Assembly (NCBI GenBank): GCA_044222475.1 | Contig: JBGANF010000008.1 | Span: forward strand, 34,688-98,687 | DNA length: 64,000 nt | DNA from: Polyangiaceae bacterium | GTDB lineage: Bacteria > Myxococcota_A > Polyangia > Polyangiales > Polyangiaceae | Direction: 5' to 3' | Shown: positions 1-11,899 of the stretch, piece after piece | Layout of the letters: the number at the start of each line of letters is the position of its first letter | Position numbering within the stretch: position 1 is the stretch's first letter | Notes under the pieces: generated by a model | Told to the model about the DNA's origin: nothing | The model's database searches: none | What the model saw: only the letters and a program-made list of their open reading frames with translations | Translations under genes and position numbers: made by a program

Positions 1-786
1 ACGCGAGCCATGCGCACCGAGCCGGTCGCCGCGTCGACGTCGAGATCGAACCCGCTGTCGAGCGTCGGCTCGAGGCGGAGCACGAGGCGCGTCGCGAGCC
101 CCGCCGTCTCCAGCTCGGTCACGACGTACTTCTCGATGCGCAGCGGCTTGACCTTCACTTCCTTGGTGATCCACCCGGTGACCTGGGGAACGCGGATCTC
201 GATGTGGGTCGAGACGCGCTCGAGCCGGATCGGGGACGACCACGCCGACGTTTCGGGGATCGCGAGCTCGAACGCCCAGCTCAGCCCGAACGCTGCGCGC
301 CCGGTGACCGAGACCTGGTACAGCCGGTCCTGACCGAGCACGTGGTGTTGGGTCGAGGCGGAGTCCGGAGGCAGGTGCGGCCAGAGAAGCGCTCCTAGCG
401 CCGCCGCGCACGCGTCGCGCGTTTCGCCCTCGGCGGCCTCGATCTGCGCGATCTCGGCGGCGAGGCGGCTCCGGATCCTGTCGCTCGTCTGCCGTTGCTC
501 GCTGGCACACAGCTCGGCGAGGCGCGTCGCGCACTCCGCCGTCGGAGACCCTTCGGCGCCCTTTTCGCCTCCGAGGATCGCATCTGCGACGACGCCGACG
601 AAGCGATCGAGTCGCTCGAGCTCGGCCGTCGCCGCGCTCTCGAGCTCGACGATTCGTGCCTTGCCGTCCTTGATTCGCGCGTCCGCTTGGAGCACGAACA
701 CCGCGAAATCGAGCGCGTCGCGGAGGAACTCCAGGAAGTTCGACGTGAGCTGCGACGGGGTGGAGTCTCCGTAGAGGTAGTTCATG
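1..786 (-). CDS. hypothetical protein (3' end runs off window; start ATG at 786..784)
   Basis: Manual reverse translation from 786 gives MNYLYGDSTPSQLTSNFLEFLRDALDFAVFVLQ..., a balanced non-Arg-rich composition and no stop down to position 1. It lies directly downstream of the hydrolase gene on the same strand, forming an operon-like pair. It is absent from the ORF track because no stop falls inside the window. Confidence 0.45.
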
Positions 787-832
787 GAGCGACGATCCGC
801 GGGCGATGGTAACGCCCGCCCGCTCGCCGCGT

Positions 833-1663
833 CTACGCGAGGCCGACGCTCGCCAGATACTCTTCTGCGAGGTGGTCGATGTCGGACTGGGACGGGTGAA
901 AGTCCCGCTTCAGGTAGCTCTTGATGCCGGTCGTGAACACCGGCTGGCGATCCGCGAAGGACTTCGCTTTGCGCTTGCGCATCGCGAGCCAATCCCGGCC
1001 GATGCGGCCTAGCGTCGCCTCGGGATCCTGCGCGAGCAACGTCATCGCGCCGGCCGTCCAGAACGATCCGAGCATCGCAGTCGCGACCGCGAGCCCCGCG
1101 ATGCGCACGGCGTATCCGCCGCCGATCTCCTCGAGGACGTCGAACGCGACGTCGCGATGCTCGATCTCTTCCGCAGCGTGCCACGCAAGGAGGGCGCGCA
1201 TCTTCGGATCGGCGAAATCGAAGAAGCGCAGCTTGAGCGCGTTCTCCGCCATGATCGCGGTGTAGTGCTCGGCCGCCGCCGTGGCGGCGAGGCGCAGCTT
1301 GGGCGGCGCGAAGCGCTCGATGATCCGGAACGCGACCGTCTCGTAGAACGTCATGAACCGCGAGAGGTCGAAGCCTTGCTCCTCGAGGATGGCGTTGTAG
1401 CGATCGTGCTCGCGCGCATGGGCGCCTTCTTGGGCGTAGAATCCGCGGACGCGCGCGCGCAGCGCCGGGTCTTTGATGTCCTTCTCGTAGTGGCGCACGC
1501 TGCGCACGAAGAAGCGCTCGCCCGCGGGAAACAGCAGGTTCACGCCGTTGGCGACGTGGGTCGCGAACACGTTGCCGAAGAACCAGTACTTGGGGATCGC
1601 GGCATCCGGGCGCGACGCAGGCGCGCGAGCACGGAGCGGAGTCGAGACGCGTTCCGTTTGCAT
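833..1663 (-). CDS. predicted metal-dependent hydrolase (COG3687/PF10118-like)
   Basis: 276 aa. Motifs FPAGERFFVRSVRHY and YAQEGAHAREH plus the C-terminal YLKRDFHP are typical of the COG3687 family. There is a paralog at 23236..24075. It is divergent from a TetR gene. Confidence 0.6.
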   Translation of the reverse strand: MQTERVSTPLRARAPASRPDAAIPKYWFFGNVFATHVANGVNLLFPAGERFFVRSVRHYEKDIKDPALRARVRGFYAQEGAHAREHDRYNAILEEQGFDLSRFMTFYETVAFRIIERFAPPKLRLAATAAAEHYTAIMAENALKLRFFDFADPKMRALLAWHAAEEIEHRDVAFDVLEEIGGGYAVRIAGLAVATAMLGSFWTAGAMTLLAQDPEATLGRIGRDWLAMRKRKAKSFADRQPVFTTGIKSYLKRDFHPSQSDIDHLAEEYLASVGLA

Positions 1664-1718
1664 GGGAGAAGTCTGAGGGTCTATTGAATAATAGTCAATA
1701 GTCGGCTACTCGTTTTTC

Positions 1719-2315
1719 ATGGCCAAGCCGAAACCCCGAAAGCGCGAGCGGCTCGACACCGGCGAGCGTCGCACCCGGCTGCTCGAGCTCGGCCTCTCCG
1801 CGTTCGGAACGAAGCCGTACGACGAGGTCTCGATCGACGATCTCGCGAAGGCGGCCAAGATCTCGAAGGGCCTCCTCTATCATTACTTTCCGACGAAGCG
1901 CGCGTACTACGTCGCCGCGTTGCGCGTGGCGGCGGCGCAGCTCCTCGCCGAGACCGAGACCGATCCGAGCCTCCCTCCGCTCGATCGTGCCCTCCGTGGC
2001 CTGGTCGCATACATCGACTTCGCCGAGCGTCACGGGCCCGCGTTCGTCACGCTGATGAACGGCGGCATCGGCGCCGACGCCGAGGTCGCGCGCGTGATCG
2101 AGGGGACCCGTCGCACGTTCATCGACCGCATGCTCGAAGGTCGCGCGGCGACCACCGGAAAGCCCATCGACGCGTCGACGCGTCTCGTGGTGCGTGGGTT
2201 CGTGGGCCTCGTCGAGGCGACGTGCATCGAGTGGCTTGCGACGAAGACGGTCTCGCGCGACGAGCTGCTCGCGTTCTGGATGCGGACCGCAGTGGCGTTG
2301 TTCGGCCCGCCCTGA
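1719..2315 (+). CDS. TetR/AcrR family transcriptional regulator
   Basis: N-terminal HTH YDEVSIDDLAKAAKISKGLLYHYFPTKRAYY is a classic TetR signature. Size is 198 aa. It is divergent from the hydrolase gene. Confidence 0.85.
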   Translation: MAKPKPRKRERLDTGERRTRLLELGLSAFGTKPYDEVSIDDLAKAAKISKGLLYHYFPTKRAYYVAALRVAAAQLLAETETDPSLPPLDRALRGLVAYIDFAERHGPAFVTLMNGGIGADAEVARVIEGTRRTFIDRMLEGRAATTGKPIDASTRLVVRGFVGLVEATCIEWLATKTVSRDELLAFWMRTAVALFGPP

Positions 2316-2327
2316 CGCGAAGGGAAT

Positions 2328-4472
<2,145 letters not shown>

Positions 4473-4481
4473 GCCGCTACT

Positions 4482-4874
4482 CTACCCGGACTTTGCAGGT
4501 TCGCGAACCACGGGAAACCCCGCGGCCCGCCAGGCGCGGATCCCTCCGGCCATCGAAATCACGTGGGTGTACCCCATCCGCGCAAGGCTCTCGCCGGCGA
4601 TGGCCGATCGGTAGCCACCCCCGCAGTAGAGGATGATCTCGCGATTGGTGTCGGGAACGAGCTCCTCGATGTCCCGCTCGAGGATGCCCTTGCCGAGGTG
4701 AATCGAAGCCGGGAGGTGATCGAGCGCGAACTCGGACTCCTCGCGAATGTCGACGAGCACGAGTCGCTCGCCGGCATCGAGGCGGCGCTTCACGTCCTCG
4801 ATGGAGCACTCGCGGACCGTCTTCTTCGCTTCGTCCACCAGGCGCACGAAGCGGGGACCGTGCGTCTTCGCCAT
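4482..4874 (-). CDS. rhodanese-like domain protein (sulfurtransferase)
   Basis: 130 aa with rhodanese fold motifs: LVDIREESEF and the active-site loop YCGGGYRS. Its stop lies 9 nt from the kinase start, so it is likely co-transcribed. Confidence 0.8.
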   Translation of the reverse strand: MAKTHGPRFVRLVDEAKKTVRECSIEDVKRRLDAGERLVLVDIREESEFALDHLPASIHLGKGILERDIEELVPDTNREIILYCGGGYRSAIAGESLARMGYTHVISMAGGIRAWRAAGFPVVREPAKSG

Positions 4875-4893
4875 GGCCGTCAGGATAGCCGAT

Positions 4894-7296
4894 TCACTCG
4901 ACCCGAACCTCGCCGGCCGTGACTCGCACGAACAGGCGCTCGGCGGCGAAGACGTAGCCGGGCCCCGGCGTCGATCGCAGGTCTTGCTCGGAGGCGCGCT
5001 TGGGAAGCTCCACGCTGCCGTCGGTCACCTTCGATGGCGACGCGGGGCCGCCGGTGCGACGCCTCAGGTCGAGGTCGACCAAGGCTTCCTTCGCGCGCGA
5101 TCCCGGCACGAGCTTCACCGCGAGCTTCGTCCCGTCGTCGATGACGTCGAGCTGCGTTCCGTCGTCCCAACGCGCCGACTTCGACCCTCGAACGATCGCG
5201 CGAGCCTCGACGTCGCTGCGACTGGCGAGGCTGACGATCGACGGCGCGACCGCCGGTGCGAGCGTGTCGATGCCGGCGGGGTAGAGCGGCACGAGCGCGC
5301 CTTCGCGGACGAAGAAGGGAGGCCTTCCGATGGGGGCGGGCACCGTCTCGTCGCGCGGTCCCTCGAACGTCGATCCGTCGTCCCAGCGCACCCATCGGCC
5401 GGGAGGAAAGTGCACGAGCCGCTCGGCCTTCCCCGGTTCGATCACCGGAGCGACGAGCAGGTCGGGACCGAGGAGGTACTCGTCGTCCGCGTGGGTGCGA
5501 GCGCCGGCGTCGGTCGGGAAGGCGAGCGGGAGAGGGATGACCGTCGGCGCTCCGGTCGTCTCGGCGCCGACGAGGAGCTGGGTCAGGTACGGGATCAAGC
5601 TCGTGTGGAGCGTGGCCAGATCCTTGTAGATTGCACTAGCCTCTTCGTCGTAGCTCCACGGCGCGTGGCTCTCGCCCGCGCCGCCGAGCTGAAGCACCAC
5701 CGACAGCGCCGAGCTCTCGGCCCAGCGCAGGAGCGACTCCCTCGTCGGTTTGCCGTGGCGATAGCCGCCGGTGTCGGCTCCGAACGAGGGGAAACCGCTC
5801 ACCGCCAGCGACTGCGCCGCGACCACGCACGCCGGGAGCCCGCCGACCGCGCGCTGACCGCCGATGAGGTCGCCGAAGTGCTCGAAGCCGTTGTCGAGAT
5901 CGCCGGGCCAGATGACGATTGCGTTCGACTTCACGTCGCCGAAGCTCGACGCGCGAACGACGAGGAACCCGTACGACGACGCGGCGTCCAGCGCTTGCTG
6001 GTACGCGCCGTGATAGCCGATCGGGTACGCGCGGGCGGTGCGTCCGGTGGAGCCGTCGCCGAAGTGGAGATCGAAGCGAGTCGAGAAGAAGGCGGGGATG
6101 AGATCCTCGCCGTAGTCGAGCTTGAACGCGGAGAACCCGGCGTCGGTCGCCGTCTTGGCGGCGCTCGCCCAGAACGCGCGGCCGCCGTCGGTCGAGAAGT
6201 CGATCATGCCGAAGCGCTTCTTCGAGTCGAACCCGGGCGCGGCGAAGGGCTTGTTGTCCGCGTCCCTGACCAGGAACCCCTTGGCGTCGGCGTCGGCGAA
6301 GAGCTGCTGGGCCTTGTTCGCCGGGGGGGCGCCCTGCGGGTTGTCGACGTAGGGCGTCGACCACGCGAGCGGCCGGAAGCCCTGATCGCGCAGCGTGGTC
6401 ATCATCGCGGCCGCGTCGACGAAGCGCGCCGGATCGAGGGTGAAGTCGTTGTAGGAAGTCTGCCAGGGGTTGTCGATCCAGAACGAGGTCGTCGGGATGT
6501 GGCGCGTGCGGAGCTCCTGCGCGTCTCCGAGCGCGACGCCGTCGTTCGCCCACTCGTTGCGCCAGTACATCGGCGCGAGGGCTTCGCGCGGCAGCGCTCG
6601 GGGGAGGCCGACGCGTTGATTGTACTTTGCAACAATTGCGAGCGGGTCGCGGTTCACGAAGAGATACGCGTCGATCGCGCCGCCCTCGATCGTCGCCGCG
6701 AGCGCGTCGCCCTTGGTCTTGCCGACGTCGAACGCGCCAGCCTCACGGCTCTGCACGAAGAGGCCCCAGCCGCGCGACGAGACGAGGAACGGGATCGGGA
6801 CGTGGCGCTCGTTCGTACCGCTCTCGCTGCCGCCGTCGAGCGCCATGTGCATCGCGACGATCTGGCCTCGCGGGTCGACGTGATCGAAGCGCTCGCCGGT
6901 GCCGGCCAGGAACTCGTCGCCGAGAGATGCCGCCAGCGCGACGAGCGAGCCGGCGCCGCTCACGCTCACGTGCAAGACCCCGGGCTCGGCTGCCTCGAAC
7001 CCGATGCTGGCCGGCGGCACCGCGGCGAACGTGGTCAGGTCCGCTTTCTCCGGGTCGTGCCACGCGTCGACGGCATCGGCATCGGTCCACCGCGCGAGCA
7101 GCACGCGACCCGGTGGCGATCCGAGCAACGGAGCACCGTCGCGGGTGACGACGTACGAACCGTCGTCGTAGAGCGTCGCGATCTGCGCGTCGCCGAGGTC
7201 GACGACGCGCAGGGGCTTCTTGGTCGGAGCGACCGGTTCGTCACCGCACGCGAACGCGAGAGTCACCATTCCGGCGAGGAGGAGCGGGCGGCGCAC
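4894..7296 (-). CDS. glycoside hydrolase family 31 (YicI-like alpha-glucosidase/xylosidase), lipoprotein
   Basis: Lipoprotein signal MRRPLLLAGMVTLAFACG. KLDYGED resembles the YicI nucleophile motif KTDFGE. WPGDLDN and FGADTGGY resemble the GH31 WxGDNxS and GADICGF acid/base region. Size is 800 aa. Confidence 0.6.
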   Translation of the reverse strand: MRRPLLLAGMVTLAFACGDEPVAPTKKPLRVVDLGDAQIATLYDDGSYVVTRDGAPLLGSPPGRVLLARWTDADAVDAWHDPEKADLTTFAAVPPASIGFEAAEPGVLHVSVSGAGSLVALAASLGDEFLAGTGERFDHVDPRGQIVAMHMALDGGSESGTNERHVPIPFLVSSRGWGLFVQSREAGAFDVGKTKGDALAATIEGGAIDAYLFVNRDPLAIVAKYNQRVGLPRALPREALAPMYWRNEWANDGVALGDAQELRTRHIPTTSFWIDNPWQTSYNDFTLDPARFVDAAAMMTTLRDQGFRPLAWSTPYVDNPQGAPPANKAQQLFADADAKGFLVRDADNKPFAAPGFDSKKRFGMIDFSTDGGRAFWASAAKTATDAGFSAFKLDYGEDLIPAFFSTRFDLHFGDGSTGRTARAYPIGYHGAYQQALDAASSYGFLVVRASSFGDVKSNAIVIWPGDLDNGFEHFGDLIGGQRAVGGLPACVVAAQSLAVSGFPSFGADTGGYRHGKPTRESLLRWAESSALSVVLQLGGAGESHAPWSYDEEASAIYKDLATLHTSLIPYLTQLLVGAETTGAPTVIPLPLAFPTDAGARTHADDEYLLGPDLLVAPVIEPGKAERLVHFPPGRWVRWDDGSTFEGPRDETVPAPIGRPPFFVREGALVPLYPAGIDTLAPAVAPSIVSLASRSDVEARAIVRGSKSARWDDGTQLDVIDDGTKLAVKLVPGSRAKEALVDLDLRRRTGGPASPSKVTDGSVELPKRASEQDLRSTPGPGYVFAAERLFVRVTAGEVRVE

Positions 7297-7309
7297 CAGA
7301 AGAGGATAC

Positions 7310-8059
7310 CTACGGAGCCCTGCACGTCGAGATGTCCGAGACCATGATGCCGCCCAATCCTGCCCCCTTGCAGCCGCTCGCCGACGAACACCGGAACCTG
7401 ATCTTGATGACGTCCCCTGCCTTCATCCCCCGGTAGCGGAACGTGTACATGTCTGGATTCCCGTCGAATGACAGGTCCGGATGCCCTTCGAGGCTGAGAT
7501 CGACGGTGTCGCTTCTCGCCTCGAGGACGACGTCGGCGTCGTGCTCGCGGGCCGTGTTGTCGGTGACGAGGTTCAGACAGAACTCGCTGAGCGAGCTCGA
7601 ACGAAGCTTCAGCTCGTTGACGGTGTTGTTCTTGTTGTCGATGTTCGACTCGTCATAGAACGTCCCCGAGCGACCCACTCTGCCGTCCGGCAACTTGAAC
7701 GTCGCCCACGTCGGGTATCCGCCGCGCGTCTTGGTTCCAATGGGATCCCCGAGTGCGTCGTTCGAGAACGTGCGACCACCCAAGAGGTAGTGGTGCTTGA
7801 AGGGCTCGAAGTCGGGCGTCAGCTCGATGCAGCTCGGATCATCCGTCCGTCGCCCAGTCTGCCCGGACGTCAGCCCGAAGAGCGGCCAGTACTGGAGATG
7901 CTGACCGTATCCGGTGAAGTCGGTGATCGATTGTTTGCCGACGTACGTGATGGACTGGACCTGAGCGTCCGGGGTGCCGGCATCGTTCGAGCCAGAGCTC
8001 CCGCACGACGCGGTGGTGGCGGTGACCAGGCACGCCACGACAGCCCATCGCCTGCGCAT
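7310..8059 (-). CDS. hypothetical lipoprotein
   Basis: Signal and lipobox MRRRWAVVACLVTATTASCG. Composition is balanced. It sits in the same-strand array with the GH31 gene, 13 nt away. Confidence 0.55.
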   Translation of the reverse strand: MRRRWAVVACLVTATTASCGSSGSNDAGTPDAQVQSITYVGKQSITDFTGYGQHLQYWPLFGLTSGQTGRRTDDPSCIELTPDFEPFKHHYLLGGRTFSNDALGDPIGTKTRGGYPTWATFKLPDGRVGRSGTFYDESNIDNKNNTVNELKLRSSSLSEFCLNLVTDNTAREHDADVVLEARSDTVDLSLEGHPDLSFDGNPDMYTFRYRGMKAGDVIKIRFRCSSASGCKGAGLGGIMVSDISTCRAP

Positions 8060-8114
8060 CCGATAGCACTAGCGGCTCTCCGACGAAGAGCCAAGGCAAC
8101 TCCGGGGAGCGGAG

Positions 8115-9038
8115 CTACGCCGCGAGGAGCTCTTCGAACAGCGCGCGAGCCACGCCGTCCGCCGTCGCTCGGTCGGGGATGCCGAGCGCGAGACCGGCTT
8201 CGCCGGTCACCTCGTCGGCGCGGAGGCGTTCCGCGGCCGCGCGACGCGCTTCGTCCACGGTGGCGCGGTCCCGAGCGGACAGGCGCGGCTCGATCCACCC
8301 GGCGACGCGCCACGCGAGGTCCGCGTGCCGCGCCTCGTCGATCGCGATGCGAGCCATCGCGACGCGGATCCGCTCGTCGCCAGCGGTGCGACCCTGGACT
8401 GCGGCGACCGCAGCGGCGAAGGTCTCGTGGACGCACCCCTCGACCGCGTTCTCGAGGGCGATCTCGAGGAGCGACCGTCGACGGAATTGTACCACATTGG
8501 GACGACGGACCAACGCCCCGTACTTTTCAGCGAGCGCGGTCATGACGAGGGCGTGGCGCACCTCGTCCTTCGCGGCGATGCGAGCGCCACGAATCAGCGA
8601 CGCCGGCGCGCCGGCCACCTCGAGCTCGGCCGCCAGGATCTCGAACGCGTCGACGGAGGCCGCCTCGAAGAACGCCGCGCGCGCGAGCCACTCGCCCACC
8701 GCCGACCCGCCTTCGGAGACCCACTCTTCGAGCCCGTCGGGCTTCCGCCCCGGGCAGCCGTTGCCGCACGTCACGACGGAGCCGCCGAAGTACGAGCAGC
8801 TCGTCGCCTGACCGCAAAGACGCTGACAGAGCTCGGCGTTGCCCGTCCCCCCGTCGTTGAAGCCGCACGCGTTGGGGTCGCCGATGATCTGGACGGAGTA
8901 GCCGCATGCTCCGAGCTGATCGGGGATGGCCGACTGGCAGTCGTCGCCCACGGCGCGTCCGCCGCACGCGAGAGCGATCGGAGAACCGAGGGCGACGACG
9001 AGGGCAGCGCGCAGCGCATGGTGAACGCGTGAGGTCAT
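8115..9038 (-). CDS. ferritin-like domain lipoprotein with Cys-rich N-terminal module
   Basis: Signal peptide, then an 18-Cys module (CGGRAVGDDCQSAIPDQLGACGY...). The C-terminal half has E/H-containing helices (AKDEVRHA, EGCVHETF, DEARHADLA) typical of ferritin-like di-iron folds. There is a paralog at 55013..56068. Confidence 0.55.
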   Translation of the reverse strand: MTSRVHHALRAALVVALGSPIALACGGRAVGDDCQSAIPDQLGACGYSVQIIGDPNACGFNDGGTGNAELCQRLCGQATSCSYFGGSVVTCGNGCPGRKPDGLEEWVSEGGSAVGEWLARAAFFEAASVDAFEILAAELEVAGAPASLIRGARIAAKDEVRHALVMTALAEKYGALVRRPNVVQFRRRSLLEIALENAVEGCVHETFAAAVAAVQGRTAGDERIRVAMARIAIDEARHADLAWRVAGWIEPRLSARDRATVDEARRAAAERLRADEVTGEAGLALGIPDRATADGVARALFEELLAA

Positions 9039-9162
9039 GCCGCTGGGCGCTGCACGATCCTTGCCACGAAACGGGCTGGATTTTCCGCGTCGCCGTGACG
9101 AGTCGTTGTGCCATGCCGTGCCACCCCGGGTGGGAGAGGGTAAGCTGAACGAGCCTCCCGCG

Positions 9163-9999
9163 ATGCCCGACTATCCCGATCCGACCGTCTACGCGATCCC
9201 GTTCTTCCTGGTGACGCTCGTCATCGAGGGCGTCGTCTTGCGCCGCATGAAAGAGCGAGGAAAGGACGTCATCGGTCACGAGCGCCGTGACACGTGGGCG
9301 AGCCTCGCGATGGGCCTCGGCTCGCTCGTGACGGTGACGGCGATCAACTTCGGCATCTACCTCATCGCGTCGTGGGTCTACGCGCATCGCATCGTCACCC
9401 TCGGAGACGGCGTGCTCGGCTGGACGGTCGCCATGGTCGGGTGGGACTTCGCGTTCTATTGGAACCACCGCGTCGAGCACGAGAACCGCGTGCTCTGGGC
9501 GTGCCACGTCAACCACCACTCGAGCCAGCACTACAACCTGACGACCGCGCTCCGCCAACCGTGGACGCCGTTCGCCGGGCTCGTGTTTTATCCCCCGCTC
9601 GCCTTCTTCGGCGTGTCCCCCAAGCTCATCATGATCTCGGGCGGCTTGAACCTCGTCTACCAGTACTGGGTTCACACCGAAGCGATCAAGAAGCTGCCGC
9701 GGCCGATCGAATTCGTGATGAACACGCCGTCGCACCACCGCGTTCACCACGGCGCGAACCCCGAGTATCTCGACAAGAACTACGGCGGGATCCTCATCGT
9801 GTGGGATCGCCTGTTCGGCACCTTCGAAGAAGAGCGCGCGCGCGTGCGCTTCGGTCTCACGAAGAACATCACGAGCTTCAACCCGTTCGTGATCGCGTTC
9901 CACGAGTACGTCGCGATCGCGCGCGACGTCCGCGCGGCGACGTCGTGGCGGGTGCGCTTCGGTATCCTCTGGCACGGCCCGGCGTGGGCACCGCCCTAG
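9163..9999 (+). CDS. sterol desaturase / fatty acid hydroxylase superfamily protein
   Basis: Histidine boxes WNHRVEHE, HVNHHS and HHRVHH plus the tail WDRLFGTF. Several TM helices. The start was moved to the ATG at 9163 (MPDYPDP) inside the listed ORF 9037..9999. Confidence 0.8.
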   Translation: MPDYPDPTVYAIPFFLVTLVIEGVVLRRMKERGKDVIGHERRDTWASLAMGLGSLVTVTAINFGIYLIASWVYAHRIVTLGDGVLGWTVAMVGWDFAFYWNHRVEHENRVLWACHVNHHSSQHYNLTTALRQPWTPFAGLVFYPPLAFFGVSPKLIMISGGLNLVYQYWVHTEAIKKLPRPIEFVMNTPSHHRVHHGANPEYLDKNYGGILIVWDRLFGTFEEERARVRFGLTKNITSFNPFVIAFHEYVAIARDVRAATSWRVRFGILWHGPAWAPP

Positions 10000-10006
10000 A
10001 TCGACG

Positions 10007-11275
10007 TCACGGATCTTCGGCGCGAATCAGGTGCGTGCCCAGGTTGTCGCCGGCGAGGAAGTACACGAAGTTCCCTTGCGGCCGCGCGACTCCGCCCGGA
10101 ACGGCGATGCCGTTCGTGACGTAGACCGCCACGAGCTTCGGCGAACCACCCGCGCCGGGGGCGCGATAGACCTCGACCTGCTTCGAGAACGGGTCGCGAG
10201 CGGTCCAGTACACGTCGGGACCGGCGACGATGATGTTGCCGGTCCGGTATCCGAGGAAGCGACCGCTATCGAGGGTCTGTGCCTGCGCGCACGCGCTCGG
10301 CGCCGCCGGGCAAGAGCGCACGTTCGACTTTCCCGTGTTCGTGTCCGTCTCGGACCAGGCGACGTACTGCTTGCTCGCAGCGACGGTCGCGGTCGCGAGG
10401 CCGCCGGAGTCCCAGAAGAGGCCCGCCCCGTTTTGCACGCCGGTCCTGCCGTACCGAATCTGGTTCGGGCTCACTCGGCTCCAGAAGACGTTCTGGTTGG
10501 TGTCCGTCGCGATGTCTTGTGCGCCTTCGGAGCTGCCGTCGTTGAGCGGGAGCTGCGAGGTGAAGTCGAGCTTGACCTGGAGCGGCACCGAGATCGACGT
10601 CACGTAGAGAGACGGCCCGTCGATGTCGAGCGCGTACGGCGACGACCACTGCACCGACGTGTCGTTCAGGTTGTTGCGGTTGATCGAGTGGAGCTTGTTG
10701 TTGTTGAAGTCGGGGGCGAACACGGTCGTCGCGTTGACCGCGACGTCGCCAGGGAATGCGAGCCCGCTGATGACCTTCGCCGGCGGGGTCGCGCAGCCCT
10801 GGACCGGACAGTCGAAGACGCTGCCGTTGTTCGAGTTGATGGTCGTGAAGAACAAGTGCCCGCCATCGAAGACCAGCGACGTCGCGTCCTTGTCGGTCGT
10901 GAGGCCGATCTCGACCGGCAAGCACTTTCCCGCGACGCACTTCGCACCGCCGCAGTCGTGGCCGCAGGTGCCGCAGTTCTTGGGGTCGTTGTCGACGTCG
11001 AGGCAGGTGTTGGCGCAGCAGGCTCCCTTGTTGCACGCCGGGCCCGACGAGCAGCACTGCTCGGTGATCTGCCCGCACTTCGGGCCCACGTCGGGAGGCG
11101 GTACGACCTGGTCTTGCGACACGTCGGGCGTCCCCGGGATGTCGTCGACGACGTCGGGCGTCGACGCGTCCTTCTTCACGGACGTCGTCGTGAAGTCACC
11201 GAGGATCTGCGCACAACCTCCGATGCCGAGGAAGCCCAGGCCCGCGAGCGCACCGAGAACGACGACCTTGCGCAT
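10007..11275 (-). CDS. secreted Cys-rich lipoprotein (predicted repeat/beta-propeller-like C-terminus)
   Basis: Only the 3' 1269 nt of the listed ORF 10007..12595 look real. The signal MRKVVVLGALAGLGFLGIGGCAQ begins at the ATG at 11275 (cat at 11273..11275 on the top strand). A Cys-rich module CGQITEQCCSSGPACNKGACCANTC follows. The upstream part of the ORF is Arg-rich junk. Confidence 0.55.
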   Translation of the reverse strand: MRKVVVLGALAGLGFLGIGGCAQILGDFTTTSVKKDASTPDVVDDIPGTPDVSQDQVVPPPDVGPKCGQITEQCCSSGPACNKGACCANTCLDVDNDPKNCGTCGHDCGGAKCVAGKCLPVEIGLTTDKDATSLVFDGGHLFFTTINSNNGSVFDCPVQGCATPPAKVISGLAFPGDVAVNATTVFAPDFNNNKLHSINRNNLNDTSVQWSSPYALDIDGPSLYVTSISVPLQVKLDFTSQLPLNDGSSEGAQDIATDTNQNVFWSRVSPNQIRYGRTGVQNGAGLFWDSGGLATATVAASKQYVAWSETDTNTGKSNVRSCPAAPSACAQAQTLDSGRFLGYRTGNIIVAGPDVYWTARDPFSKQVEVYRAPGAGGSPKLVAVYVTNGIAVPGGVARPQGNFVYFLAGDNLGTHLIRAEDP

Positions 11276-11306
11276 CAGCGGAGCGTAACCGAGAAACGTC
11301 CCCCGC

Positions 11307-11843
11307 TCACCACTCGATCGTGAGGAGCGAGGTGAACCCCATCGCCTTGACGGGCGCACTGGCGCCGACGTTGGACGAGTCGTCGACGTGGACGGCCGAC
11401 AGCGCGTCGAGGACGCACTGCCGCGCAGAGGGATCGACCGAGGTGCCCGCCTGAGGCTCGCCGACGATCCGACCGTGATCGGCGCGGAGTCGCAGGACGA
11501 GCTTCCCGCCGGTCGCGCCGCGACAGCCCTCGATCGAAGGGACGGTCGGGGTGAAGAGCACCGCCGTCTGATCTCCGGTGCGCCCGGTGATGTTCGTGAA
11601 CGCGATGCTCGCGCGCCACGACGGGACCACGGTCGAGGCGTCGACCGCGGCCACGACGCCGGCGTCGCCCATCCCGAACGACGCGATGCTTGCGTCGGTC
11701 GGCGCGGCGGTTGCGCCGGTCGAGGTCGCGGTCGCGGTGGTCGACGCGGCAGGAGCGACCGGTTGCGCTTGCGGCGACCCGCAGGCAAACGCAGCGAGGA
11801 CGACCGGCAGGAACATCGGTGCGAAGCGGAGGGCGTGGCGCAT
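11307..11843 (-). CDS. hypothetical lipoprotein
   Basis: 178 aa starting MRHALRFAPMFLPVVLAAFACGSPQ, with a Thr/Ala-rich linker and normal composition. Confidence 0.5.
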   Translation of the reverse strand: MRHALRFAPMFLPVVLAAFACGSPQAQPVAPAASTTATATSTGATAAPTDASIASFGMGDAGVVAAVDASTVVPSWRASIAFTNITGRTGDQTAVLFTPTVPSIEGCRGATGGKLVLRLRADHGRIVGEPQAGTSVDPSARQCVLDALSAVHVDDSSNVGASAPVKAMGFTSLLTIEW

Positions 11844-11899
11844 GCAGCGAGCGTAGCAAGTCGCATTCCACTCGCGGCGACTTCATGTAACCTCCGGCC

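Noticed and set aside
4747-7347. 866-aa plus-strand ORF antisense to the GH31 gene, and 5636..6553 minus-strand out-of-frame ORF
   Set aside because: Arg-rich low-complexity translation. The GH31 frame on the minus strand carries the family motifs and a lipoprotein signal.
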